DNA of 64,000 nucleotides from a virus (IMGVR_UViG_3300009160_000036:1-64000); one strand, 5' to 3'. Numbered from the stretch's first letter, positions 39,892 through 49,177 are shown. The notes: generated by a model not told the origin, from the letters alone. Translations and numbers: made by a program.

Positions 39892-40445
39892 GCTCGTGGG
39901 AAGAACGCCTCGAATGGAATATGGTCGAGATAAGGAAGCTCGCCGTCATCAATGAGCAGCGGGCGATTGCCCGTCGCGCAAAGGAGGCAAAAGAAAAACA
40001 ACTCCTGTTAGATTCGGGAGTTGACCCAGAGAAAGTTCTGGGCAAAACAAGTATTCCTCAAACCGTATCACAATCAACCGCACGAAAAATGGAACGACAT
40101 GAATTAGACCTTGGCGACATCTGCCAAGTCACAGCCGGCAAGTTTGCCGATAAGAAGGTGCTCGTCATTAAGGCAGGCATCACCACGAAGTTTGGACTCA
40201 AGAGCATCACCGTCGAATACTTTGGTCCTAACAAGACCGGAGAGAAAGTCTGGGTATCGCCTGAGCAACTCGCCTTCGAGGGAGAGAACGACCTTGAGAC
40301 GGCTAACGCCATCAAAGAGGCCGACTACCAAGAATGGAAGGCTCGCAAGCAAGCAGGTGTCCCGCCAGCTGCTGCCTTCAAGCAGACAAAGAGCTGGAAG
40401 AAGCCCAAGCAGGAGTCCGACCCTTCGGACGATTCGTTTCTCTGA
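39888..40445 (+). CDS. hypothetical protein with KOW/SH3-like segment
   Basis: LGDICQVTAGKFADKKVLVI. Confidence 0.5.
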   Translation: MSSWEERLEWNMVEIRKLAVINEQRAIARRAKEAKEKQLLLDSGVDPEKVLGKTSIPQTVSQSTARKMERHELDLGDICQVTAGKFADKKVLVIKAGITTKFGLKSITVEYFGPNKTGEKVWVSPEQLAFEGENDLETANAIKEADYQEWKARKQAGVPPAAAFKQTKSWKKPKQESDPSDDSFL

Positions 40446-40569
40446 CGCGGTAGTCCCCGCGCCGGAAGGCTGGGAGATAGTTCCCCCACGCATTCTCCCT
40501 CACACGGAGTTATGCGCCTTTGTCTGCACATCAGGAACAGGCAAGAAGGAGTCCACCTATCACTTCAAT

Positions 40570-40959
40570 ATGCAAATCATGCGAGATGCCGAGCTGCTGA
40601 AGCTTGTCGTCGAGTGTGAGGAGATGGACTACCAGAGTAAGCGGACGTATGATACCGACGCTCGCCCGGATTGGGATGGATGGGTCAGGGAGGCAGAGGA
40701 GGCTTGGGTCGATGAAGTAATCATGTATGGGCATGAACAGGCGATAGCGCCGATGCTGGTGTGCTTCAGGAGATTCCTAGTCCCGTTCAGGAAGATGGCC
40801 GCAATCAGGAAAGAAGATTTCCCGGAGCAAGAAGTATTCGGAGAGCCAGAGGAGATGGACACCCCGGACGTGGTGATTCAAAATCTCCCGCCCGCGCCAA
40901 AAACAAAGCCGAAGAAAGTTCTGAAGAAAAAAGATGACAAAGGTCCTGACCTGTTTTAA
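40570..40959 (+). CDS. hypothetical protein (start uncertain)
   Basis: 3' part of track ORF 40111. Confidence 0.45.
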   Translation: MQIMRDAELLKLVVECEEMDYQSKRTYDTDARPDWDGWVREAEEAWVDEVIMYGHEQAIAPMLVCFRRFLVPFRKMAAIRKEDFPEQEVFGEPEEMDTPDVVIQNLPPAPKTKPKKVLKKKDDKGPDLF

Positions 40960-41010
40960 AAGGTAGTTGGTTGACAGGTGTTATTCACAAGGCATTTCTC
41001 GTCGTGACAC

Positions 41011-43080
41011 ATGACGACGATTTCCCCATACGACAGAGCTGCAAGATACATTGCGGCATCCGCACCAGCAATTTCAGGGGCTGGCGGACACAACACAACA
41101 TTCTCAATGGCGATTGCACTCTATCACGGGTTCAATCTGTCCGAGGCAGAGACATACAGCCTATTGATGGCTTATGCGATGAAGTGCCAACCGCCGTGGT
41201 CCGAGCGCGAAGTGAAACACAAGCTCAAGGAAGCGATGAAGACCGAGCCAACGCAACCTCGCGGCTGGTTGCTGAATGACCAGCACGGTGAGCTAGCACC
41301 GCGTAAGCGGGGTGCCGAACCTGCCAACGTCACACAGTCCGGTAAGTTCAAGGTCAACTTGGGCAACCTAGCGACGGTCCCAGAAGTCGAGCAGTTCACG
41401 ACGGCTCAGCTTCTCCAGAATTGTTTTAAGGATGACGAAATCATCTGCATCACCAATGAGGCGGGGCAGGATGAGGATGGAAGATGGTTCCCGGCGTCCA
41501 AGGGGACGTTCCAGACCGTCCGCTGGTGGTTGGATAAGTATTTTGGTCCTAGTCCCGAAGACAGAGAGCTTTTTATGCACAAGCAGCAGGGTGCATACAT
41601 CCGCATCAACCCGATGAAGCCAGAGGATTACTCTGGCCGAGATGATTCGGTGGGCGTCTTCCGGCACGTGCTCGTCGAGTTCGACACGCGTCCCAAGGAA
41701 GAACAGTATGCCATCTTCAAGCAGTCGCAGCTTCCTATTGCTGCCATCATCGACTCAGGCGGCAAGAGCTTGCACGCATGGGTGAGAGTGGACGCCACAG
41801 ACTTCGAGGACTGGAAGGTCCGTCGCAAGATGGTCTTTGACTACCTGTCCGACTATGAGCCGGACGAGATGACCAAGAACCCCTCACGCTGGTCTAGGCT
41901 CGGCGGTGTGTTTCGTGGCGCAAACGAGCAACGCGTCGTGGGACTCAACGTGGGGCTGTCCGGCTGGGACGAATGGCTCTCATACCTCGAATCCTCCGAA
42001 GTGCCTGATGAGATTACCGTCGACCAGCTCATCGAATACAACACGGACAATGACCCGACCACAGTCCTCGGCAATAGGTGGCTCTGCCAAGGCGGTTCGT
42101 TATGCGTCATCGGTCAGTCCGGTATCGGCAAGTCCAGCTTCCTGATGCAAATGGCAATCATGTTAGCCATCGGCCGACCCTTCTTCAACATCGAGGTCAA
42201 GCGTCCATACAAGTGCATCATTATGCAGGCCGAGAATGACACGGGCGACCTATCGGAGGCGTTCAAAGGCATCGTCTCCTCGATGTCCTTGTCCGAGACA
42301 GAACAGAAGCTGCTCCGCACCAACATCAAGTTCTACCGAGAAACCGTCAAGGTTGGCTTCGAGTTCGTCAAGCAAGCCCGCAAGCTCATCGTTCACAACA
42401 AGGCCGATTTTTTCTTCGCAGACCCGTTGCTCAGCTTTGCCGGCGGCGACATCTCCAAGCAAGACTACGCATCGCAGTTCCTCCGCAATTGGATTACCCC
42501 CGTCCTCATGGAGACGAACGTCGTATGGGTGTTCCTGCACCATACCGGCAAACCCAAAAACGCCGATGTCGCATCATCCCAGACCGTATCCGACCTCGCA
42601 TATTCGGGACTAGGAAGCAGTGAGCTCGTAAATTGGGCGCGTGAAGTCGCCGTATTAAGACGCACAGACAAGGTGAAGCCCTTCTTCGAGTTAGTGATGA
42701 CCAAGAGAGGGAAGCGAGCTGGACTCCTTGATAAGGACGGTAAGCCCACCGCATTTCTTAATCTCCGACACGCGGAAGGTCGAATCCTCTGGGAGGTGAA
42801 CGACGAGAACATCCTGTCCAACTTCGGGCTGAAGGACCTGAACAAGATGATAGACATGCCCCCCACGGAACACCACAACGACCCGGAGCAGTCTCCGCTC
42901 GTCCGCTACATTGCACACAAATTGGGAGTAGGAAACGCCACAGGAGGCGACGTGGCAGCTCACCTTATCCGACTATCGACCACCAACCCAATCATTGTCT
43001 GGAACGCCCGCCGGGGCATCTGGACGGGTGTCCAATGGAGCGACGAAACCATCAAGACTCTGGAAGCCGACCCATTCTGA
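41011..43080 (+). CDS. primase-helicase (primase-associated N-domains plus RepA/AAA_25 helicase)
   Basis: AISGAGGHN, LVEFD, DSGGKSLHAW, Walker A GQSGIGKS, FFADP, LHHTGK. Confidence 0.88.
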   Translation: MTTISPYDRAARYIAASAPAISGAGGHNTTFSMAIALYHGFNLSEAETYSLLMAYAMKCQPPWSEREVKHKLKEAMKTEPTQPRGWLLNDQHGELAPRKRGAEPANVTQSGKFKVNLGNLATVPEVEQFTTAQLLQNCFKDDEIICITNEAGQDEDGRWFPASKGTFQTVRWWLDKYFGPSPEDRELFMHKQQGAYIRINPMKPEDYSGRDDSVGVFRHVLVEFDTRPKEEQYAIFKQSQLPIAAIIDSGGKSLHAWVRVDATDFEDWKVRRKMVFDYLSDYEPDEMTKNPSRWSRLGGVFRGANEQRVVGLNVGLSGWDEWLSYLESSEVPDEITVDQLIEYNTDNDPTTVLGNRWLCQGGSLCVIGQSGIGKSSFLMQMAIMLAIGRPFFNIEVKRPYKCIIMQAENDTGDLSEAFKGIVSSMSLSETEQKLLRTNIKFYRETVKVGFEFVKQARKLIVHNKADFFFADPLLSFAGGDISKQDYASQFLRNWITPVLMETNVVWVFLHHTGKPKNADVASSQTVSDLAYSGLGSSELVNWAREVAVLRRTDKVKPFFELVMTKRGKRAGLLDKDGKPTAFLNLRHAEGRILWEVNDENILSNFGLKDLNKMIDMPPTEHHNDPEQSPLVRYIAHKLGVGNATGGDVAAHLIRLSTTNPIIVWNARRGIWTGVQWSDETIKTLEADPF

Positions 43081-43319
43081 CCGTATGGGCACAACGGACC
43101 ATCATCCCAAGGCAATTCAGATGAGCAATTCTAACAGCATAGCGAAACGCGTAAGCGTGAGCGTTACCAGTAGCATTGCTACGTGCTACCGTGTCTATAT
43201 GGGACTAGGAAGTCCTTTGTCAAGCAGAAAAGTGCGATTATTTGCAGATAGTCTGAAATACCCCCTTTTGGCCCCCCTTTCCCACCCTCAACCGTTGACA
43301 AATCCCAACCCCTTGACTA

Positions 43320-44060
43320 ATGCCTGACCCCAATTACAGGGAGGTATCCATACCTTCCCATAAGCACGGCATAGAGGCTTATGCCATATGGTTCTCCCAA
43401 CAGCCCATAGAGGCACAGCAGATGCTCATGGCACAGGGCCTTGGCCCAGAGGCCAGAGAGGGCGATGGTAACTACACCTTCGAGGTCAAGGCTGACCACC
43501 AAGCGTACGCATACGAGGACGACCTCACCACAGCAGACGAGCCGGTGGAAGCCCCCCGCACATACACCGAAGACGAAGTGCAAGAGGTCATCAGACGCGT
43601 AGTCATGGCTATGCAACTGTCCGAGTCACCCGACTGCCTCTTCCAAGCACGCTGTATCCTCATAGCCTTCGGCATCGGTGACCCACCATCAGAGACAGAG
43701 CTCGCCAAGCAACGCGAGTGCTCCCGGCAGTTCGTATCCAAGAAGGTCAAACGCATCCAACAACTGTTCAACCTCGCACCCTCCCAATACATGCGTAGCG
43801 AGGCCGCTTGCAAGGCTTACGCCGAGGCTTGGCAACGCAACAGGGATAAGAAGCACACCAAGCAGTCCAAGCGCCCACGCAAGCCCACAGATACCACACA
43901 GGAACTACCACTCCACTCCATCCAAATGGGACTAGGAAGCCAATCAACCCATCAGACCCTCTCTAAACCAATTAAACGCTCCAAGGGCATTAAATGCCCC
44001 CAGACCCCACCCCCCGTTAAGGAATCTATTACTTTCAATAAGGGGGTAGCGGGGTCGTAA
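43320..44060 (+). CDS. HTH protein (sigma region 4-like), possible late regulator
   Basis: SETELAKQRECSRQFVSKKVKRI. Confidence 0.55.
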   Translation: MPDPNYREVSIPSHKHGIEAYAIWFSQQPIEAQQMLMAQGLGPEAREGDGNYTFEVKADHQAYAYEDDLTTADEPVEAPRTYTEDEVQEVIRRVVMAMQLSESPDCLFQARCILIAFGIGDPPSETELAKQRECSRQFVSKKVKRIQQLFNLAPSQYMRSEAACKAYAEAWQRNRDKKHTKQSKRPRKPTDTTQELPLHSIQMGLGSQSTHQTLSKPIKRSKGIKCPQTPPPVKESITFNKGVAGS

Positions 44061-44129
44061 GAACCCACGTTTTTCCCCAATTTGTTTAGACTCTTTTGAA
44101 AACACTCATAAACCAATCATAAGTATTTA

Positions 44130-44909
44130 ATGGCAACACAGAATGAAATTGCTGCGGCATTGGGGCTAACAAAGGGGCGAGTGTCGCAACTTGTGAAGGA
44201 GGGAATGCCCTCGGATGATATTGAGGAGGCGCGAGCTTGGAGGGATGCCCGGAAAGTTGAGATGCAGAGGGCTGGGCATATTAGCCAGCCAGTTCAGCCG
44301 TTGAGGTTGGGGGACCTAGACTCCATATTGAAATCGGTGACTGGGGAGACGGGTAATACGGAAATGGACACCCGTGTTTCGGAGCAGACCGAATTGTGCC
44401 GGCTGACGCGTGAAGTGTTTATGCAGGCCCTGACCAGCGGTGACCCCGCACAGGGAAAGCTTTATGCCAACTATGACCGAGCGGTGGCTACCCTACTACG
44501 TTTGGAGAAGGAGCGGTTTCTGCGTATTCAGGAGGAGGGTAAATTAATTGATGCGGATGTGGCGGCGGCGCGTTTTGGAAAAGTGATGGGGCAGTTAAGG
44601 TCTTTGATAGACCGAGCGGAGCTGACGGTTGCGCCGAAGGCGAATCCGGACAACCCTCCCAAAGCCCTGAAAGCCTTCCGAGAGTTCAAGGAGGACCTGT
44701 TCCGCAAGATTTCTGAATACTCGCCTAGCGTCCGGGTAGCAGACGGGGTGGAGGATGACTCCCCCATCGGGTTAAAGCCCGCCCTGCCCCCCAATGCAGC
44801 GTTCTTTGATGCCATTGGAGAGGACGATGTGGACGCCCCCAAGCTGGGAGGGTCTTTGGAAGACTTTACCGATGATGCCTTGGGCGAGATGGAGGACGAG
44901 AACGAATGA
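44130..44909 (+). CDS. terS: terminase small subunit (Nu1-like)
   Basis: N-terminal HTH TQNEIAAALGLTKGRVSQLVKEGMP; coupled to TerL. Confidence 0.75.
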   Translation: MATQNEIAAALGLTKGRVSQLVKEGMPSDDIEEARAWRDARKVEMQRAGHISQPVQPLRLGDLDSILKSVTGETGNTEMDTRVSEQTELCRLTREVFMQALTSGDPAQGKLYANYDRAVATLLRLEKERFLRIQEEGKLIDADVAAARFGKVMGQLRSLIDRAELTVAPKANPDNPPKALKAFREFKEDLFRKISEYSPSVRVADGVEDDSPIGLKPALPPNAAFFDAIGEDDVDAPKLGGSLEDFTDDALGEMEDENE

Positions 44910-46753
44910 CCCCCGCCCAGAAGGAACAGATTGCCGATAGGTTGGAGGCCAAGATAAGAAAGGTGTTCCGCCCGGATGACGGAGGGGACATTGTGACTTG
45001 GCTTCAGGAGAACATCAGGCAGATTCCATTTTCCCCGATGCCTTCGGGATTCCGCGTTCAGGAAACCCCTTGGCTGGCAGAACCCCTGCGGGCGTGTGCC
45101 GACCCGGAGGTGCGCCTAGTGGTGACCATAGCTCCCATTCAGTCGGGGAAGTCTTTGATGGCCGAGATGCTATCCTGTTTTATTGTGGCACGCCAGCCAG
45201 CGCCCACCCTCTACCTGAACGACACGGATGATAATGCGGCGGACTGGATGCAGAGCCGACTCCGCATCCTTTGGGAGAACGTGCCTCCGGTCCTAGCAAA
45301 GCTGAACAAGGATGAGACAGGCAAGAAGTCTGGAACAGTCCAAACCGAGGACATGACCTTCTGGTGTCTGGGGGCGTTCAATGAGAAGAACCTCCAGCGA
45401 CGCTCTATCCGCTGGCTCGTCGGGGACGAGACTTGGCTTTGGCCGCAGGGCCACATGGGGGAAGCTTCTGCCCGTGTGACCTCCTTTGGTTGGCTAGGCA
45501 AACGTATCTTTATGAGTCAGGGGTCGTTTGTCGGAGACGACACCGAAGCTATCTGGCACACCACCGATAAGAGGGTCTGGTCCTTTGCCTGTCCGAAATG
45601 CCAGCACCGGCAACCGTGGAGCTGGGAGTCTATCCGTATCCCGGATTGTAACCTAGCAGACGGGGAGATAGATTTTAACTCGCTGAAAAAAGGAACGATG
45701 TATGAGTGCGAAGGGTGCAAGCATCAGTTTGCCGATACCCGCGCCAATCGAGATGACTTTAATGCGGCTAGCTTCTATGCAAAGACCAACCCCCATGCTG
45801 ACCCCTCGCAGGTCGGGTTCCAGTGGAACGGACTCTGTGCTAGGTCTTGGGGCGGTATGGCCGAGATGTTCATCCGGGCAAAGCTTGCGCTTGATTTGAA
45901 TGGCGATGCAAAGGCAATGCAGATTTTCAAACAAAAGCAGCTCGCTCAATTCTGGTCTGATGTTCCAGACGACTTCCAGACCTTGCAGACGATGGGAGAA
46001 TACAAGCAAGGCGATGAGTGGGAGCTCGAAGCCCGCATCGACCCAGCGACCAAGAAGCTGCACACCGACCACAAGCGAGAGAAGCAGATACGTGCTAGGT
46101 TCATGACCGTTGACGTCCAGCGTCAGGGGTTCTTTGTCCTTATCCGTAGTTGGGCCGAGGGAGGAGTGTCCCGGATGCACCGCTGGAAGTATGTGACCAC
46201 TTGGGATGACGTCGTAGGCATGGCGAAAACCAATGAAGTCCATCCCGCCCTTGTGTATGTTGACTGCGGTGACCAGTTTGACGATGTTATCCGCACCTGT
46301 GGCGTCAACAAGTGGACCGCACTACGCGGTGACCAACGAAATGATTTTGCTTGGATGGTGGATACGAAGCAAGGCCGCAAGGCCATCGCCAAAGTTTATG
46401 CTCCTGCTAGGTTAGTCAATGTGGGCACAGGCGTTGTGCGAGTGCATCACTATTCTAACTTGGCGCTGAAAGACCAGCTCGCGCGATTGCGTAAGACAGG
46501 AAAGCATTCCGCTGCGATTGATTGCTCGCAAGATTACATCGACCAAATGGAATCAGAAGTGAGAACGAAATCCGTCGCTACCGGAAAACCAGAATGGAAA
46601 AGAATTGGTAAGCGAGCAAATCACTTGTGGGACTGTGAAGTGATGCAGTTTGTGCCTGCGCTTGCATTTGGTTTTCTTGCCCCGCCCGTTGTTGTGCCTG
46701 AAAAGAAGGAAGATGGGGTGCCTGTGGCTGAAAATCCTGCGACTCCCGAATAA
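44906..46753 (+). CDS. terL: terminase large subunit, lambda gpA family
   Basis: APIQSGKS, LVGDE, CPKC/CEGC Zn motif, TVDVQ, NHLWDCE. Confidence 0.93.
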   Translation: MTPAQKEQIADRLEAKIRKVFRPDDGGDIVTWLQENIRQIPFSPMPSGFRVQETPWLAEPLRACADPEVRLVVTIAPIQSGKSLMAEMLSCFIVARQPAPTLYLNDTDDNAADWMQSRLRILWENVPPVLAKLNKDETGKKSGTVQTEDMTFWCLGAFNEKNLQRRSIRWLVGDETWLWPQGHMGEASARVTSFGWLGKRIFMSQGSFVGDDTEAIWHTTDKRVWSFACPKCQHRQPWSWESIRIPDCNLADGEIDFNSLKKGTMYECEGCKHQFADTRANRDDFNAASFYAKTNPHADPSQVGFQWNGLCARSWGGMAEMFIRAKLALDLNGDAKAMQIFKQKQLAQFWSDVPDDFQTLQTMGEYKQGDEWELEARIDPATKKLHTDHKREKQIRARFMTVDVQRQGFFVLIRSWAEGGVSRMHRWKYVTTWDDVVGMAKTNEVHPALVYVDCGDQFDDVIRTCGVNKWTALRGDQRNDFAWMVDTKQGRKAIAKVYAPARLVNVGTGVVRVHHYSNLALKDQLARLRKTGKHSAAIDCSQDYIDQMESEVRTKSVATGKPEWKRIGKRANHLWDCEVMQFVPALAFGFLAPPVVVPEKKEDGVPVAENPATPE

Positions 46754-46772
46754 GAAAATACAGGGTCTTACG

Positions 46773-46889
46773 TAAGTCGTTGATAGGTAGTGAGATAAAA
46801 TCTTCTCAAAATGAAAGATTAATCTCGACAATACCCAAGCGGTCTGATTGAATGTTTGAGTCAGGGTAATAACTGACTGTTCTTTCAAA
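46773..46889 (+). promoter_or_regulatory. leader of ncRNA operon 1: IHF-like site, TCGACA -35 (46825), hairpin, boxA-like TGTTCTTTCAAA
   Basis: AGTCAG/CTGACT hairpin at 46859-46878 followed by boxA-like sequence at 46878-46889. Confidence 0.45.
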
Positions 46890-47122
46890 CCAGTGCGAAA
46901 AAAAGCTACCGTAAGTCGGCCGCAACAAGCGGACGCAGTGAACCACCCGGCGGGAAGTCGGGTGAGCGAAAAGCCCAATCGCAGGTCGAAGAAGAACATC
47001 TTTGAAAGTCTTGGTCATCTGATAAAAAACTTTGGGGGTGCCGCAGGGCCAAACCGATTCGACCCTTTAACGAGGGAGGACTGTGAGTCCAAAACCGAAT
47101 CGACCCCAATTCACTTTCAAAA

Positions 47123-47289
47123 CGGATAGTCCGAGGTAGTGTGATGAGTATCTTGTTTGAGGCCGAGTTCCCAGAGAACGGTCAGCAAGAGCAGCGGTTG
47201 GCAAATCCGCTGTGCGCCCACCAGAAAGCCAGCACACCTACCAATCGGACGCGAGGAGAACCCAAAGATGTCTTGTCCTCAATCCGCCA
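47123..47289 (+). ncRNA. stem-closed RNA ending in CCA
   Basis: CGGAT/ATCCG-CCA; internal GTCCGA-GGTAG / CTACC-TCGGAC helix. Confidence 0.55.
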
Positions 47290-47295
47290 CTTTAT

Positions 47296-47369
47296 GTCGA
47301 CGCTCGAATGACCGAGCTGTGAAATCCCTCTGCGGAGGGAGTGCCGTAAAAACGGCAACGTCGACTCCA
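47296..47369 (+). ncRNA. non-canonical cloverleaf RNA ending TCCA
   Basis: GTCGACG/CGTCGAC 7-bp stem, three hairpins, T plus CCA. Confidence 0.65.
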
Positions 47370-47558
47370 CTTTATGCCGCCGGCTGTTCGGGTGTAGTGC
47401 ATCGGTTCCACTGACCTCCAAAAAAAGTCTTACTGCTCTTGCAAGGTGCGTAAGGCGACTGAAGGAGACTGTATCTCGCAAGGGATTTAACCGTGAATCA
47501 AAAGATGCGACTATGACGAAGACACTGATACCGAAAGGTATCCTGCGGCACCCTTTAT

Positions 47559-47733
47559 AGTCACGCTACTCGATTGGTCGAGTTTGCCTCCGCTGAATGT
47601 CGAAACAAACCGTGAAAGGTTGCAACCTAACACGCAGAGTTAGACACCTGTATCCTGTTAAACGGGATTTAACTGTGAGGCACTTCAGGGGATACCCTGT
47701 CGCAAGTTGCAGGTTCAAGTCCTGCCGAGACTG
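47559..47733 (+). ncRNA. expanded tRNA-like RNA A
   Basis: AGTCACG/CGAGACT, D-like arm, TGCCTC/GAGGCA enclosing about 85 nt, T-arm GCAGG-TTCAAGT-CCTGC. Confidence 0.65.
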
Positions 47734-47741
47734 CCCTTTAT

Positions 47742-47871
47742 GGACAAGATACTCAATGGTCGAGTTATCTGACCTAGTAACGCTATCGTGGCGCGAACGG
47801 AAAGGCAAGAGAAGCCCCCACGAAGGGCAACTCCGTGAAAGCTGCGGGTTCAACTCCCGCCTTGTCCACCA
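47742..47871 (+). ncRNA. expanded tRNA-like RNA B
   Basis: GGACAAG/CTTGTCC-ACCA, D-arm ACTC-AATGGTC-GAGT, T-arm GCGGG-TTCAACT-CCCGC; no canonical anticodon arm. Confidence 0.75.
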
Positions 47872-48360
47872 ATTTCAACGTCAGCGCAATACCGCGTGTA
47901 GTCGCCTCCTGCTATCAACAGGGTCAAGGCAAGGGAGCCCTACCAAGCTCCGGTCCCGGAAACGGACCGCATCACACGGCAGAGCCACCCGCTAAGGGGT
48001 GGAGTGTTCTTGCACCGAAGATTGCCCACCTCTTTCGTGGGACGGTCGGAATGACGGGCAACAGGCGTGGGGTGCCGAAAGGTCCACAACTCTGACACGG
48101 AGCTCCCGGATAGAAACCGCAATAAGCCGCGGGGGAGACAAGGGAGTGCTGTCGGTTGCCGAATACTTTATCTTGGGCCACGAGGACGCTCATGGCGGTC
48201 ATACGATGGTGGCGTCTGGGTCATCGACCTAGAACAGGCCCGCCTCAACGAAGGACTTTCGTTTCGACCCTTCCGTTCGTATGGCTGGGGTGGGGATGCA
48301 AATCGGAATGGCCGTCGAAAGCCTCCCCGTGCTGCTCCCCCTGCCCCTCACTTTCTTTAT

Positions 48361-48504
48361 GACAGGTGTAGCATCCAAGTGGAGATGACCACTTGGGGTC
48401 GAAGCAATTCGATTAACCCAGAAATGCGGAACGCTGGCGAAGCGACAGGAAGGCGGTTAAACGCCTCTCTGGAGATGTGGGTGCAAATCCCACCACCTAT
48501 CTCA
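48361..48504 (+). ncRNA. expanded tRNA-like RNA C
   Basis: GACAGGTG/CACCTATC stem, T-arm GTGGG-TGCAAAT-CCCAC. Confidence 0.6.
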
Positions 48505-48508
48505 TTTA

Positions 48509-48620
48509 CGCTGGAGCAGGTGCTGTCCTTGGAAGCCGCCTCGATTGGCGGTGGGGTAAGCTTAACAGCTTGCTTCTCCTGAAAAGACTCGTGGACGCCG
48601 GTTCGAGTCCGACCCAGCGA
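48509..48620 (+). ncRNA. expanded tRNA-like RNA D
   Basis: CGCTGG/CCAGCG-A stem, T-arm GCCGG-TTCGAGT-CCGAC. Confidence 0.6.
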
Positions 48621-48634
48621 CTTAAAAATAAATG

Positions 48635-48681
48635 TTGACATATCAGAACCAAGACCCCATAACACTTTCATTGTTCTTTCA
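48635..48681 (+). promoter_or_regulatory. promoter TTGACA-N17-CATAAC plus boxA-like TGTTCTTTCA
   Basis: perfect -35, 17-nt spacer, AT-rich upstream region. Confidence 0.7.
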
Positions 48682-48684
48682 CTT

Positions 48685-49148
48685 TTGGCTTCCGCAAGGA
48701 GGTCAGGCACCGCAACTCGAAAAGACACACCGGCGACCAGCGCTCGCTTCCTGTCCAAAGGGAGGAATGAGGTTACTTAGTCAGCCGCGTCGAGCCTGAA
48801 ATAATGGCTACCCACTCGAATTGGGATGATACTAGATAATCGAGCCAAGATGTTCAAGCAGACAAAAGGGGTGGGAGGCAGACCGAAAGGTCCCCATTTC
48901 TAAAAGCTTGGAACGTGCCTAAGACTTGGTTTGCCACGGGAGGAGCGGGATGAGCAATCACCCGCCCACATCATCAAGGTAGCCCCACGGGGCAGCTCTG
49001 GGACATGGGGAAACACCGTACGGCAAACCTTCCATTTCGGTAAAAGCGTCGGAAGCGCGAAATCGCTCCGGGGAGTTCAGGCATTTACTCCTGTTAGTCG
49101 CTGACTGCCGATTCCAATTTGAGACACCTACCACGGGTGGGATGTCTT
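48685..49148 (+). ncRNA. structured non-coding RNAs (operon 2)
   Basis: AGGCAC/GTGCCT domain, GGTTTGCC/GGCAAACC-TTCCA (48928-49034), TCGGTA/TGCCGA-TTCCA (49037-49116). Confidence 0.7.
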
Positions 49149-49177
49149 GAGCCAACTCTGCGGGGTTGGCTCTTTTT
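49149..49177 (+). terminator. rho-independent terminator
   Basis: GAGCCAACTC-TGCG-GGGTTGGCTC-T5. Confidence 0.85.

Larger units (their letters stand above)
46878..48620 (+). ncRNA. array of structured non-coding RNAs (operon 1)
   Basis: no credible CDS; dense helices, GNRA loops, stem-closed units separated by CTTTAT/ATTT linkers. Confidence 0.8.

Noticed and set aside
47559-47733. tRNA interrupted by a group I intron
   Set aside because: The insert of about 85 nt is too short and no P7 core is recognisable
47878-48160. RNase P RNA
   Set aside because: GAGGAAAGUCC and the matching P4 3' strand were not found
48361-48620. Canonical tmRNA
   Set aside because: The 3' end of unit D looks tmRNA-like, but there is no GGGG 5' end with a G3-U70 pair, no encoded CCA and no convincing tag ORF; a permuted form needs cmscan to exclude
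46806-49155. Track ORFs of 60-171 aa in the terL-gpW interval
   Set aside because: Mutually overlapping, atypical composition, no phage-type leaders; better explained by RNA structure
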